Below the pieces are notes generated by a model that was not told the DNA's origin, searched no databases, and saw nothing but the letters and a program-made list of their open reading frames with translations. From assembly GCA_963814875.1 (NCBI GenBank), contig CAWFFJ010000015.1, forward strand, positions 138,908 through 202,907: a DNA stretch of 64,000 nt. The letters run 5' to 3'. Made by a program: the position numbers and the translations under genes. The stretch comes from an uncultured Acidobacteriota bacterium (GTDB taxonomy: Bacteria; Acidobacteriota; Thermoanaerobaculia; Thermoanaerobaculales; Sulfomarinibacteraceae). This document shows positions 29,420 through 38,978 of this stretch, piece by piece (position 1 is the stretch's first letter; each line of letters opens with the position of its first letter).

Positions 29420-30658
29420 ATGGCGGCTTTCAGCTTCGTCTGCACCGAGTGCGGCGATCGCTTCCGCGACCAGCCGGCCCTGCTGGTGTGTCCGACCTGC
29501 GCGCGACTGCGCGAGCCGGGCGGCGAGATTCGCGGCGTGCTCGCGGTGGAGCTCGACGAGCTGCCGTCACAGTGGCCGGAGGACGGCTTCGCCGACCCCG
29601 AGGCGCTCGTCGCGTGGTGGCCGATCGCCGGCGCCTCGTCGCTGCCGGCCCTTCGGGTCGGCGGGACGCCGCTGCTGCCGGCCGCGCGGCTGCGCGCCGA
29701 GCTCGGCATGCCGCGGCTGTGGCTCAAGGACGACAGCCGCAACCCGTCCGGGTCGAGCAAGGACCGCGCCTCCCTGCTGGTCGTGGCGATGGCGGGCGAG
29801 CTCAGCCGCGACACCGTGATCACGGCCTCGACCGGCAACGCGGCGACCGCACTGGCGGCGGTCGCCGCCGCCGCCGGGGTCCGCGCGGTAGTGCTGGTGC
29901 CGGCCGGCGCGCCAGCGGCGAAGCTGGTCCAGATGGCGTCCTACGGCGCCACGGTCGTTCCGGTCCGAGGCAGCTACGACGACGCCTACGAGCTCGCCAT
30001 GGAAACCTCCGAGCGGTTCGGCTGGATGTGCCGCAACACCGCACTGAACCCGTTCACGATCGAGGGCAAGAAGACCCTCGCGCTCGAGCTCGCCGCCGAC
30101 CTCGCCCCGGAGACGCCCGACGTCGTCGTGGTTCCCGCCGGCGATGGCGTGATCGCGGCCGGGGTCGCGAAGGGCTTTGACGACCTCGTCGCGGCGGGAC
30201 TGATCCCCCGCTTACCGCGCCTGGTGCTGGTCCAGCCCGAGGGCTCGCCGGCGCTGGTCCGGGCTCTGAACAGCGGCGCACCGACTGCGGCCACGGTGGC
30301 CGCGGCGAGCGTCGCCGACAGCCTGGTCGTGGACGTTCCGCGCAACGCCCGGCTGTGCCTGGCACAGGTCCGGCGCAGCGGGGGCGGCGGCGTGCTGGTC
30401 TCGGACGATGCCATCGTCGCCGCCATCGCCCGGCTCGCGCGCCTCACCGGGGTCTTCGCCGAACCGGCGGCGGCAACTGTGCTGCCCGGCCTCGAGGCGG
30501 CGCTCGCCGAGGGCCTGATCGACCGAGAGGAGAGGGTCGTGCTGCTGGTCACCGGGACCGGGCTCAAGGACGTCGTGGCCGCCGCGCGCGCGGTCCACCT
30601 CCCCGAGCCGGTCGACCCCACCCCAGACGCCGTCGCCCTCGCAGTTCAGCGCGCGTGA
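29420..30658 (+). CDS. threonine-synthase-like PLP-dependent enzyme with N-terminal zinc-ribbon
   Basis: ATG 29420. FVCTECGDRF...CPTCARL is a Cys4 ribbon. NPSGSSKDRAS is the PLP-lysine motif, with ASTGNAATALA and VVVPAGDGV also present. Confidence 0.7.
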   Translation: MAAFSFVCTECGDRFRDQPALLVCPTCARLREPGGEIRGVLAVELDELPSQWPEDGFADPEALVAWWPIAGASSLPALRVGGTPLLPAARLRAELGMPRLWLKDDSRNPSGSSKDRASLLVVAMAGELSRDTVITASTGNAATALAAVAAAAGVRAVVLVPAGAPAAKLVQMASYGATVVPVRGSYDDAYELAMETSERFGWMCRNTALNPFTIEGKKTLALELAADLAPETPDVVVVPAGDGVIAAGVAKGFDDLVAAGLIPRLPRLVLVQPEGSPALVRALNSGAPTAATVAAASVADSLVVDVPRNARLCLAQVRRSGGGGVLVSDDAIVAAIARLARLTGVFAEPAAATVLPGLEAALAEGLIDREERVVLLVTGTGLKDVVAAARAVHLPEPVDPTPDAVALAVQRA

Positions 30659-30663
30659 GGTTT

Positions 30664-30878
30664 ACCACCAAGACACAAAGACACCAAGACACCAAGAGGA
30701 ATCACAGAGCCGGCCTTCACGACCGATCTTCGAGGTGGAGCTCCAATGGGGCATTGCGAGCGGTCCTCCGCCGCGGCAGACCTCTGTTACCTGTGGAAAA
30801 GACCGGCTGCAATGTTCCGGGTCTAGCCCTGGCTGCCTCGGGTGGGCGGGGGGCTTGGTGTCTTGGTGTCTTGGTGGT
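30664..30878. repeat. octamer-arm inverted-repeat element, copy 5 (no intact cargo)
   Basis: The arms are 30664-30698 (ACCACCAAGACACAAAGACACCAAGACACCAAGAGG) and 30854-30878 (CTTGGTGTCTTGGTGTCTTGGTGGT). The 155-bp interior ends ...GGTCTAGCCCTGGCTGCCTCGGGTGGGCGGGGGG, similar to the sequence just inside the right cassette terminus at 19514-19538. Confidence 0.8.
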
Positions 30879-32065
30879 CTTCCCCTGCCGATCGAAGCAC
30901 CGCCAACGCGGCCGCGCGGGCGGCAAGGCGGGTCGCCTTGCCCTGGAACAGCGGGGGTCGGCCGCCGCCACGACCTCCGAGTGCCTCGGCCACCTGCGGT
31001 CCGACGGTCGCCAGGTCGAGAGCGCTCGCAGCGCCGGCGACCAGGACGAAGACGCCGTCCGGGTCTTCCCCCGCCGTGAGGAGGGCGACCCGATCCGGCG
31101 CGAGCTCGGCGAGGCGGCGGCCGAGCTCGACCAGAAAGGCGGCGTCCCCGTCCGGCCAGTGACCGTCGAGCACCGCTCCCGAGCCCGCCGCGAGGGCCGC
31201 GGCCTCGGCCCGCGCGAGCTCGCCCGCCAGGCGCTTGATCGTCCGGCGCGCGTCGCGGAGCTGGCTCTCGCGCAGCTCGGTGAGCGCGACCAGCTCCGCG
31301 TCCGGCGCGCCGAGCAGCTCGCGCAGCCTCAGGTTGCGCGCCTCGTGGGCCGCCATCCTTTGGCGCGCACGGTCGCCGGCGACGAAGAACACCCGGGTGC
31401 CACCGCGCAGCCGCTCGGTGCCGACGAGGCCGACCATGCCAAGCTCCGCAGTCGAACGGACGTGGGTGCCGCCGCAGGTGTTGAGGTCGACCCCCACGAA
31501 TCTCGACCAGGCGGATGTCGCCGGCGTGCCCCTCCGGCAGGCCGCGGGATCTCACCGGCAGCTCGGCGTAGGCCTCCGCACTCACCCGCCGCGCGGTGAC
31601 GGGTCGCGCCGCGCGGACCTCGGCCGCGACGGCCTCCTCGAGCGCCGCGAGCTCCTCGGGGCCGAGCCGCGCGGCGTCGAGCTCGATGTCGGACAGCTCG
31701 GGGCCGAGGTGGAAGGCGGTCGTGGCCCAGCCAAAGCGGCCGCGGGCGATCGCGGTCAGGAGGTGCTGGGCGGTGTGCTGCTGCATGTGGTCGAAGCGGC
31801 GGGTCCAGTCGAGGGTCATCCTCGCCGGACCGAGTCCGACCGGCGCGGCGAGGAGGTGGACGATCCCTCCCTCACCACGCTGCACGTCGAGCACGGCGAC
31901 CCCGGCCAGAGTGCCGTGGTCGGCGGGCTGGCCGCCGCCCTCCGGGTAGAGCAGGGTGTTGGCGGTGACCGCCCACGGGCGACCGCTCGGGTCGAGCCCG
32001 CACGCGGTCACCTCGGTGTCGAGCTCGGCGAGGTAGGGATCGCGCTCGAAGGCCGGCATGGTCAT
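30823..32065 (-). CDS. alaX: AlaX-type alanyl-tRNA editing protein, interrupted by an apparent +1 frameshift at the C5/G5 run 31491-31495
   Basis: ATG 32065 follows GGAGGGAGGG. HTAQHLL and (after the shift) CGGTHV are the zinc motifs of the Ala/Thr-tRNA editing domain. ...GDIRLVEIRG joins VDLNTCGGTHV if one G is dropped. The last ~19 codons (EDHQDTKTPSPPPTRGSQG) are read from repeat copy 5. Confidence 0.75.
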
Positions 32066-32085
32066 GACGAAGCCCTCCCTCCGGC

Positions 32086-33510
32086 TCAGAACACGCGCCG
32101 GCTGAGAAACGTCCACCCACCAGCGGCGACCTCGACCGGGATCGTCTCGGTATCGAGGACACGCCCCGAGGGGTCGAGGTACTCGACGGTCAGCTCGTGG
32201 CGGCCCGCGGGAAGGCTCAGTCGCGCCATCGCGAGCTCGCCGGGCAGGGTCAGCCAGCTGCGCGTGTCCGCCCTCTCGGTGAGTGCTCCGAAGATGTTGA
32301 CCAGGACCCCGGCGACCTCGTCGCGCCTCTCCGCGGCCCGGGTCGCGGCGTACTTGGCGAGTGCTCGGATGATCGTCTTGACCAGGATCTTGGGGCGCTT
32401 CGCCTCGAAGGTCGCGAGCGCACGGCGGCTGAGGTCGTCGACCGGTACGGCGAATGCCGACGACGCGCCGGTGGCCGTGATCCGCGCCGTCGCCGCCCTC
32501 CTTGACGAAGGCTGCACCATGGTCGGCATCGCCACGGTGAGCCAGTAGTCCACCCTGGCGGAGGTCGGCACCACCCACGCCGGGCCCGCGCGCAGCGCCA
32601 GCTCCGCGGCCCACAGGCCGGAGTCGGCGTAGCGGTCGCTCGACAGGATCGGCAGGTTGAGGACGACCTGGTCCTTGTGTGCCACCCAGCCCGACTCGAC
32701 CACGAGCACCACGTGACCGGTGTCAGGGGGCTCGGGCGGTCGCTCGGACGAGAACACCGACGGCAGCTCCTCGGCGAGGGTGGCCAGCTCGCTGGCGAAG
32801 CCGAGCCGACGCGCCGTGCGCCCGAGGTCCTCGGCGAGCCACGGCGGCGGCGAGATCCCGGTCGTGGCAGCGTCGGCGACGTAGGCGCGGGCGGCGTTGG
32901 CGTACGCGATGTAGGCGTCGTTGGTCTCCCCGTTCGACTCGTAGAGCATGCCGGCGAGGTGGTGCAGGAAGCCGTCGTCGCCGAACCGGCCGAGGGCTCC
33001 GCCGGGGGTCTCGCCGCCAAGCTCGGCGAGGGTTGCCTCGGCCGAGCGCGCCAGCAGCAGCGAGGCCTTGCGCGCCTCGACCACCGCCTCGCCCCGCTCA
33101 CCGACGGAGATGTAGTTGAAGGCACGGTAGTAGGGCACCATCGCGAGCTCGAAGGGCTCGGCACGGTAGCTGATCGTGGTGTCGTTGGTGATCAGCGACA
33201 CCGCCGCCCGGGACACGCTGCGGGAGTAGAGGGCGTCGGCGAGGTTCTCCGCCTGCTGGAAGACGGCGTTGGACTCGGCAAAACGTCCGGCAAGGTGCAG
33301 CACCTGGCCGTGCTCGAGCAGGGTGAGCAGCCGGTTGCTGGAGCTGGTTCCATGCTCGATGCTCGCCAGGGCCCGGTCGAACCGGCCGGCCGCGAGCTCG
33401 GGCCGCAAGGCGAGGTTGGTGGCGGAGTAGGTGACGCAGCCGGCGGCGACAAGGAACGCGGCTGCGGCGCACACCCGCACTCCGCGATGCCCCGGGCTCA
33501 GCACGCGCAT
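32086..33510 (-). CDS. lipoprotein of unknown function
   Basis: The start was moved to ATG 33510 (MRVLSPGHRGVRVCAAAAFLVAAGC, with lipobox LVAAGC). The 474-aa soluble body has a helical N-half. It is adjacent to an LpoB-like lipoprotein gene. Confidence 0.55.
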   Translation of the reverse strand: MRVLSPGHRGVRVCAAAAFLVAAGCVTYSATNLALRPELAAGRFDRALASIEHGTSSSNRLLTLLEHGQVLHLAGRFAESNAVFQQAENLADALYSRSVSRAAVSLITNDTTISYRAEPFELAMVPYYRAFNYISVGERGEAVVEARKASLLLARSAEATLAELGGETPGGALGRFGDDGFLHHLAGMLYESNGETNDAYIAYANAARAYVADAATTGISPPPWLAEDLGRTARRLGFASELATLAEELPSVFSSERPPEPPDTGHVVLVVESGWVAHKDQVVLNLPILSSDRYADSGLWAAELALRAGPAWVVPTSARVDYWLTVAMPTMVQPSSRRAATARITATGASSAFAVPVDDLSRRALATFEAKRPKILVKTIIRALAKYAATRAAERRDEVAGVLVNIFGALTERADTRSWLTLPGELAMARLSLPAGRHELTVEYLDPSGRVLDTETIPVEVAAGGWTFLSRRVF

Positions 33511-33538
33511 CCCGTCACCGCCCGCTACCCGGCGCTGG

Positions 33539-34153
33539 TCACGGCCGGTAGGAGCTGCGCCCGACGAACTTCTTGATCTTGGTGGAGCCGCTCCACACCT
33601 TGACGTTGGTCTCGAGGTCGACCAGGTAGGAGTCGACCTGGTAGTACTTGACCTCGTCCTTGCCCTCGCGGTCGGAGATGGCGTTGATCTCGCCGAGCAG
33701 CATGTAGTCGGCGCCGTGCTCTCGGCCCCACTGCTTGACCGTCTCCTCGGCCGCGTAGCGCTGCTGATCCTCACGCTCCGCCCGCACCCCCTCGCGCTCC
33801 TCCGGCGAGGCGACGACCGTCACCCGGCCTGAGTTGATGAAGGTGCGCTCGAGGTCGGCGACCAGGGTCTTGACCGGAATGTGCTCGGCGGTCTTGTTGC
33901 GGAAGTCCCCGATGATGACCGCAGGCTTCTTCCCCTTCGCCTCGAGATGGTTCTCGACCCACGCGGTGTCGAGCGACTGCTGAACGAGGTCGCGCGCGAC
34001 CTGCTGGCTGTCGACATCGTTCCAGCGCCCGGAAAGATCGATCTGCTCCTCAACCGGCACCCGCGTCACCGTCGTCGAGCAGGCGCCGAGGAGCGCCGCC
34101 AAGGCTGCCGCGACCACCACGATGCATGAGCTGCTGCGCATACCCACCCCCAC
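33539..34153 (-). CDS. LpoB/YcfM-like outer-membrane lipoprotein
   Basis: It has a signal peptide plus lipobox (ALLGAC). PAVIIGDFRNKTAEHIPVKTLVADLERTFINSGRVTVV...GADYMLLGEINAI...YYQVDSYLVDLETN fits the LpoB/CsgG-like fold pattern. The start is ambiguous between 34153 and 34141. Confidence 0.6.
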   Translation of the reverse strand: MGVGMRSSSCIVVVAAALAALLGACSTTVTRVPVEEQIDLSGRWNDVDSQQVARDLVQQSLDTAWVENHLEAKGKKPAVIIGDFRNKTAEHIPVKTLVADLERTFINSGRVTVVASPEEREGVRAEREDQQRYAAEETVKQWGREHGADYMLLGEINAISDREGKDEVKYYQVDSYLVDLETNVKVWSGSTKIKKFVGRSSYRP

Positions 34154-34232
34154 GGCAGCGCCGCCGGGGCGCCGCCGAGACGCATTCTACGTGAATTGAC
34201 TTGCCCCCCGGAGCGCGCTAGCGTCCGGCGCC

Positions 34233-35516
34233 ATGGCACTGCATACGCGGATCCTGCTTGGCCTCACACTCGGCGCCGCCGCCGGGATCGCGGTCAACCT
34301 CGGCGCAGACGGCAGCGACGCGGTCGCTCGCCTGGTCTCGGTCTCGACCGAGCCGGTCGGCCGGATGTGGCTCAACGCGCTGGTGATGGTGGTCATCCCG
34401 CTGATCCTGTCCACTCTTTCCTGCGGCGTCGCCGGGCTCGGCAGCCTGCGCCGGCTCGGCCGCATCAGCGCCCGAACGGTGCTCGGCTTCGTGTCACTGA
34501 CCGCCCTGTCGGCGATGCTCGGCCTGCTGCTCATGAACGTGGTCGCGCCTGGGCGCCACCTCGCCCCGGAGGTCACCGCCCGTCTCATGGAGACGTACCG
34601 GGGCCAGACCGAGGGCGCCATGGGCCTCGCCAAGGGCGCCCTCGGGGTCGACCTCCTGGTCCGGATCATCCCCCGCAACCCGGTCGCCGCGGCGGCCGAG
34701 GGCAACATGCTCGGGGTGATCTTCTTCTCGATCATGCTCGGGGTCGGCCTGACCGCGGTCTCCCGCGAGCGGGGCAAGCCGCTGCTCGACGCCCTCGAGA
34801 GCCTCGGGCACGTCACGGTCGCGATCATCGAGCTGGTCATGAAGCTCGCCCCGATCGGCGTGTTCTGCCTCATCTTCAGCGTCACCGCACGATTCGGGCT
34901 CGGGATCCTGACGGCGCTGCTCGGCTACGTCGTGACCGTGCTCGCCGGTCTGATCCTGTTCCAGACCGTGGTCTACCCGGTGCTCCTGGTCCTCGTGGTC
35001 CGCTGCCCGCCGCTCAAGTTCATGCGCGCAATCCAGACCGTGATGTTGACGGCCTTCTCGACCTCGTCGTCGAATGCGACCCTGCCGACGACCCTGCGCA
35101 CCGCGGAGGAGGTGCTCGGCATCCCGCGCGAGATCGCGGGCTTCGTGCTCCCTCTCGGCGCGACCCTCAACATGAACGGCACCGCCCTCTTCGAGGGCTG
35201 CACCGTGCTCTTCCTGGCCCAGGTCTTCGGCGTCCACCTCAGCCTGGCGGCGCAGCTGATCGTGATCCTGATGTCGGTGCTGACCGCGATCGGGACCGCC
35301 GGCATCCCGGGGGGCTCGATCCCGCTGCTCATGATGGTGCTCGGCATGGTCGGCGTCCCGGTCGAGGGGATCGCGATCATCCTCGGCGTCGACCGGATAC
35401 TCGACATGTGCCGCACGGTGCTCAACGTCAGCGGCGACCTGGTGACGTCGGCCATGGTCGCACGCTTCGAGGAGGGCTGGGACGGGTCCGCCATCGTGCT
35501 CGAGCGTGACCAATGA
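34233..35516 (+). CDS. dicarboxylate/amino acid:cation symporter (DAACS family)
   Basis: 427 aa and polytopic. FSTSSSNATLPTT and GIPGGSIPLLMMVLG are hallmark DAACS (GltP/DctA) motifs. Confidence 0.9.
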   Translation: MALHTRILLGLTLGAAAGIAVNLGADGSDAVARLVSVSTEPVGRMWLNALVMVVIPLILSTLSCGVAGLGSLRRLGRISARTVLGFVSLTALSAMLGLLLMNVVAPGRHLAPEVTARLMETYRGQTEGAMGLAKGALGVDLLVRIIPRNPVAAAAEGNMLGVIFFSIMLGVGLTAVSRERGKPLLDALESLGHVTVAIIELVMKLAPIGVFCLIFSVTARFGLGILTALLGYVVTVLAGLILFQTVVYPVLLVLVVRCPPLKFMRAIQTVMLTAFSTSSSNATLPTTLRTAEEVLGIPREIAGFVLPLGATLNMNGTALFEGCTVLFLAQVFGVHLSLAAQLIVILMSVLTAIGTAGIPGGSIPLLMMVLGMVGVPVEGIAIILGVDRILDMCRTVLNVSGDLVTSAMVARFEEGWDGSAIVLERDQ

Positions 35517-35606
35517 GGCGCCCATGGCGGGCCTCTCGGCGTACTCTGGGACGAGACCCGCGGCTCAAGGGCGGGTCGGATGCGGACCGCCAAGGAGGCC
35601 GCGGCC

Positions 35607-36533
35607 ATGAGCTCACCCGTCGACCGTGAGTCCGGTTTCTTCAAGGACCTGATCGACAACCTCTACGACGGCGTCTACCTGGTCGACTCCGAGCGCCGCA
35701 TCACCTACTGGAACCAGGCCGCCGAGCGCCTCACCGGCTACACTGCGGACGAAGTCGTCGGCAAGCTCTGCTCCGGCAACCTGCTCGCCCACGTAGACCA
35801 CGAGGGGCGGCCGCTGTGCTCGACCGAGCTCTGCCCAGCGGCGGCGGCCATGCGCGAAGGCGCGGCGAGGGACGAGCAGGTCTTCCTGCGCCACCGCGAC
35901 GGCCACCGAGTTGCGGTCCGCACCAAGATTGCACCGATCCGCAGCCCGGAGGGCCGCATCGTGGGCGCGCTCGAGGTCTTCAGCGACGACTCCGCGGCGG
36001 TCGCCACCGCCCAGGAGATCGCGCGCCTCGAGACTGCCGCCCTGCTCGACACCGTCACCGGGGTCGGCAACCGGCGCCTCGCGGAGCTCGAGCTCGACGG
36101 CCGTCTCGGTGCGCTGGCGCGGCACGGGTGGGCGCTCGGTGTCGCCTTCGTCGACATCGATCACTTCAAAGCGGTCAACGATGCCCACGGTCATGCGGTC
36201 GGCGATGCCGTGTTGCGACTGGTCGCGCAGACCCTCAAGCGTGCCCTGCGCAGCTCCGACGCGGTCGCGCGTTGGGGCGGCGAGGAGCTGGTGCTCCTGC
36301 TCGCCGACCCGGGGACGAGCGGCCTCGGCGAGCTGTGCGAACGGCTCGGCCGCCTGGTCGCCTCGGCCCAGGTCATGCACGAGGGGGAACCTGTCAAGGT
36401 GACCGTGTCGATCGGCGCGACGCTCGCCCGGGCCCAGGACGAGGCTGCGGATGTGGTCGCCCGCGCCGACCGCTTGATGTACGCGAGCAAGGACGCGGGC
36501 CGCAACCGGGTCACCGTCGACACCGCGGGCTGA
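35607..36533 (+). CDS. PAS-domain diguanylate cyclase (GGDEF)
   Basis: ATG 35607 follows AAGGAGG. A PAS segment (ITYWNQAAERLTGYTADEVVGK) is followed by GNRR...DIDHFKAVNDAHGHAVGD...RWGGEELVLLL (GGEEL active site). Confidence 0.85.
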   Translation: MSSPVDRESGFFKDLIDNLYDGVYLVDSERRITYWNQAAERLTGYTADEVVGKLCSGNLLAHVDHEGRPLCSTELCPAAAAMREGAARDEQVFLRHRDGHRVAVRTKIAPIRSPEGRIVGALEVFSDDSAAVATAQEIARLETAALLDTVTGVGNRRLAELELDGRLGALARHGWALGVAFVDIDHFKAVNDAHGHAVGDAVLRLVAQTLKRALRSSDAVARWGGEELVLLLADPGTSGLGELCERLGRLVASAQVMHEGEPVKVTVSIGATLARAQDEAADVVARADRLMYASKDAGRNRVTVDTAG

Positions 36534-36641
36534 GGAGGCCGGGACGGCGCGCCGGCCCGTTCCCTGCCGTCAGCCCTTCACTCCTGGAGGCCCGGCCGGG
36601 AACCCCCCGCGAAGCGAGAATCGCGAGAAGGCGTGAGATGT

Positions 36642-36693
36642 GGCGCCGGAAGGGCGCAGATGTAGTCCTTCTATTTCAAGAACTTCCGGCGCC
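36642..36693. other. 11-bp perfect stem with a 30-nt AT-rich loop between convergent genes
   Basis: GGCGCCGGAAG (36642-36652) pairs with CTTCCGGCGCC (36683-36693). It lies between the GGDEF stop (36533) and the guanylyltransferase stop (36749). There is no U-tract on either strand, so its role as a terminator is uncertain. Confidence 0.3.
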
Positions 36694-36748
36694 GCAGATT
36701 GCACCTCAGTCGCGATTCAAACCCTTGAGGGGGTTTCCGGCCGGGCCT

Positions 36749-37858
36749 CTAGCTCTGCACCCGTGGATCCGGATCGCCGTCGTCCGTCGGGAGGCTCTCG
36801 ACCAGCGCCTTGACCTCCTCGGCCCGGTCGCGGTGGACGACCAGTGTCCGGCGGCCGGCACGGACCACGACGAGATCGCGGACGCCGACCAGGGCGACGG
36901 TCTCCTCCGGGTCTTCCGCGAAGACCAGGTTGTCCTCGGCATCGAGCACGTGAAGACGGGCGTGGCGGCGGTTGCCGAAGCGGTCCGCCTCGAGGTGCTC
37001 GCCGAGAGCGATCCAGCCCCCGACATCGCTCCAGCTGAAGCTCGAGCGCACGCATCGCACGTCCCTCGCCCGCTCCATGATCGCGTAGTCGACCGAGATC
37101 CGCGGCAGCGGCTCGAAGGCCGCGGCGAGAGCCGCCTCCCATGCCGCGGTTCCGTCCGCCGTGACCGCCTGCTCGAGGGCCTCGAGGTGCCCCGGAAGGT
37201 GGCGCGCGAGCTCCGCCAGGATCGAACCGGCGGTCCACGCGAACATGCCCGAGTTCCACAGGTAGATCCCGGCCATGAGGTAGGTCCGCGCAGTCACCGG
37301 GTCGGGCTTCTCGTGGAAGCGGGCGAGACGGTAGTGCTCGACCCCGTCGTCCACCCCGATCCGTTCACCGAGCTCGAGGTAGCCGTAAGCGGTCGCCGGC
37401 GAGGTCGGGGGGATGCCGAAGGTGTAAAGCGCTGACGACAGCCGCGCCGCCCGGGCGGCCGAAAGCGCCGCACGGTGGAAGGCCTCGACCGGCGAGATGA
37501 GGTGATCGGCGGTGACGGTGAGCATCACCGGGTCGCCGAAGCGCCGCCGCGCGAGCAGGGCGCCGAGGCAGACCGCCGCCGCGGTGTCGCGGCGCGCGGG
37601 CTCGCCAATGACGTTGTCCACCGGCAGCTGCGGGAGGTGCTGCCGCACCTGGGACACGAAGGCGCGCTGGGTGAGGACCAGCGTGCGCTCCGGCGGGACC
37701 AGCCCGACGAGCCGATCGACCGCGAGCTGGAGCAGGCTGCGCTCACCCACCAGCGCGTGAAACTGCTTCGGCCGTTCTGGCGTGGATAACGGCCAGAAGC
37801 GCGTTCCCACACCGCCGGCCATGACCACCGCGACGAGCTCGTTCGCTGCCTCAGCCAC
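36749..37858 (-). CDS. mannose-1-phosphate guanylyltransferase (nucleotidyltransferase domain only)
   Basis: VVMAGGVGTRFWPLSTPERPKQF is the signature sugar-nucleotidyltransferase N-terminus. 369 aa. Confidence 0.85.
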   Translation of the reverse strand: MAEAANELVAVVMAGGVGTRFWPLSTPERPKQFHALVGERSLLQLAVDRLVGLVPPERTLVLTQRAFVSQVRQHLPQLPVDNVIGEPARRDTAAAVCLGALLARRRFGDPVMLTVTADHLISPVEAFHRAALSAARAARLSSALYTFGIPPTSPATAYGYLELGERIGVDDGVEHYRLARFHEKPDPVTARTYLMAGIYLWNSGMFAWTAGSILAELARHLPGHLEALEQAVTADGTAAWEAALAAAFEPLPRISVDYAIMERARDVRCVRSSFSWSDVGGWIALGEHLEADRFGNRRHARLHVLDAEDNLVFAEDPEETVALVGVRDLVVVRAGRRTLVVHRDRAEEVKALVESLPTDDGDPDPRVQS

Positions 37859-38054
37859 CTCGCGTCCTCCCGCGGGCTGCCCGAGGCCCGACCCGCCCGC
37901 TCAATGCGATGGTACACGGACACTCCGGCTCGTAAGGCGAGAGCCGCCGCGCTTGTGTGTCCGAAACTGGGAGAATCCCCTCCGGGAGGCGAGCAGCGCA
38001 TCCCAAGCAGCGCACACCGCAGAGCCCGTTCACGGTGCTCGGCGGTGCGCGGTG

Positions 38055-38762
38055 CTACGCGAGGTCGAAGAGGAGGATCTCTGCGCCGCCGGGGCGACCG
38101 GCCAGCGCCAGGACGTCCGCGCCGCTGACGGCGAGCCCATCCCCTTCGGCGAGCTCCTCGCCGGCGGCCTCCAGCGACCCTGTCACTACCTGCAGCCAGG
38201 CGTGGCGACCTCGCGCCAGTGCGTGCTCGAGATGCATTCCGTGGGCGATTTCCCCCCGCAGGATGGTCACGTCCTGGTGGACGGTGAGCGAACCGTCGCG
38301 GCCGTCGGGTGACGCTACCGTGATCAGCGCTCCGGGCCGGGGCGCGAACGCGCGCTGCTCGTAGCTCGGAGTCAGGCCCTGGCGCTCGGGCTCGATCCAG
38401 ATCTGGAGGAAGCGGACCGCCTCGTCGGGCGACGGGTTGAACTCGGAGTGCAGGATGCCGGTCCCGGCACTCATACGCTGCACCTCGCCGGGGCGGATCA
38501 CCGACCCGGTGCCGAGGCTGTCGCGGTGCTCCAGCGCTCCTTCCACCACCACCGACACGATCTCCATGTCGCGGTGGGGGTGGGTCCCGAAGCCCTTCCC
38601 CGGTGCGACGCGGTCGTCGTTGATCACGCGCAGCGCGCTGAAACCCATCTGAGCCGGGTCCCAGTAGTCCGCGAAGGAAAACGTGTGCCGACTGTCGAGC
38701 CAACCGAGGTTGCTGACGCCGCGATCGGCGGCCCTGCGAATCCTGATCTCCGGTCCGGTCAT
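38055..38762 (-). CDS. pirin family protein
   Basis: The start was moved to ATG 38762. GWLDSRHTFSFADYWDP...GFGTHPHRDMEIVSVVVEGALEHRDSLG is the pirin cupin motif. Confidence 0.85.
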   Translation of the reverse strand: MTGPEIRIRRAADRGVSNLGWLDSRHTFSFADYWDPAQMGFSALRVINDDRVAPGKGFGTHPHRDMEIVSVVVEGALEHRDSLGTGSVIRPGEVQRMSAGTGILHSEFNPSPDEAVRFLQIWIEPERQGLTPSYEQRAFAPRPGALITVASPDGRDGSLTVHQDVTILRGEIAHGMHLEHALARGRHAWLQVVTGSLEAAGEELAEGDGLAVSGADVLALAGRPGGAEILLFDLA

Positions 38763-38978
38763 GCTGGCCTCCCCCGGCGGCGAGGTGTCGCCGTCGTGCT
38801 CAGCCTCGATCAACACAGTTCAATGTCAAATCATTTCATATCGATCTCGCTGCAACCTCCACACCGGGGCAGCCGTACATCCTGGAAACCCACTCCTGGG
38901 ACGCGGTAGAGCACGCCAAAGGCTGTCGCGTGCAATGCTCGCGCCGCGCGCCCGGGCCATTCGAACAGGAGGAGCGTC

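Noticed and set aside
36642-36693. The hairpin between convergent genes read as an intrinsic terminator.
   Set aside because: The stem is perfect, but the loop is 30 nt and there is no U-tract on either strand. I kept it only as a structural feature of unknown role.
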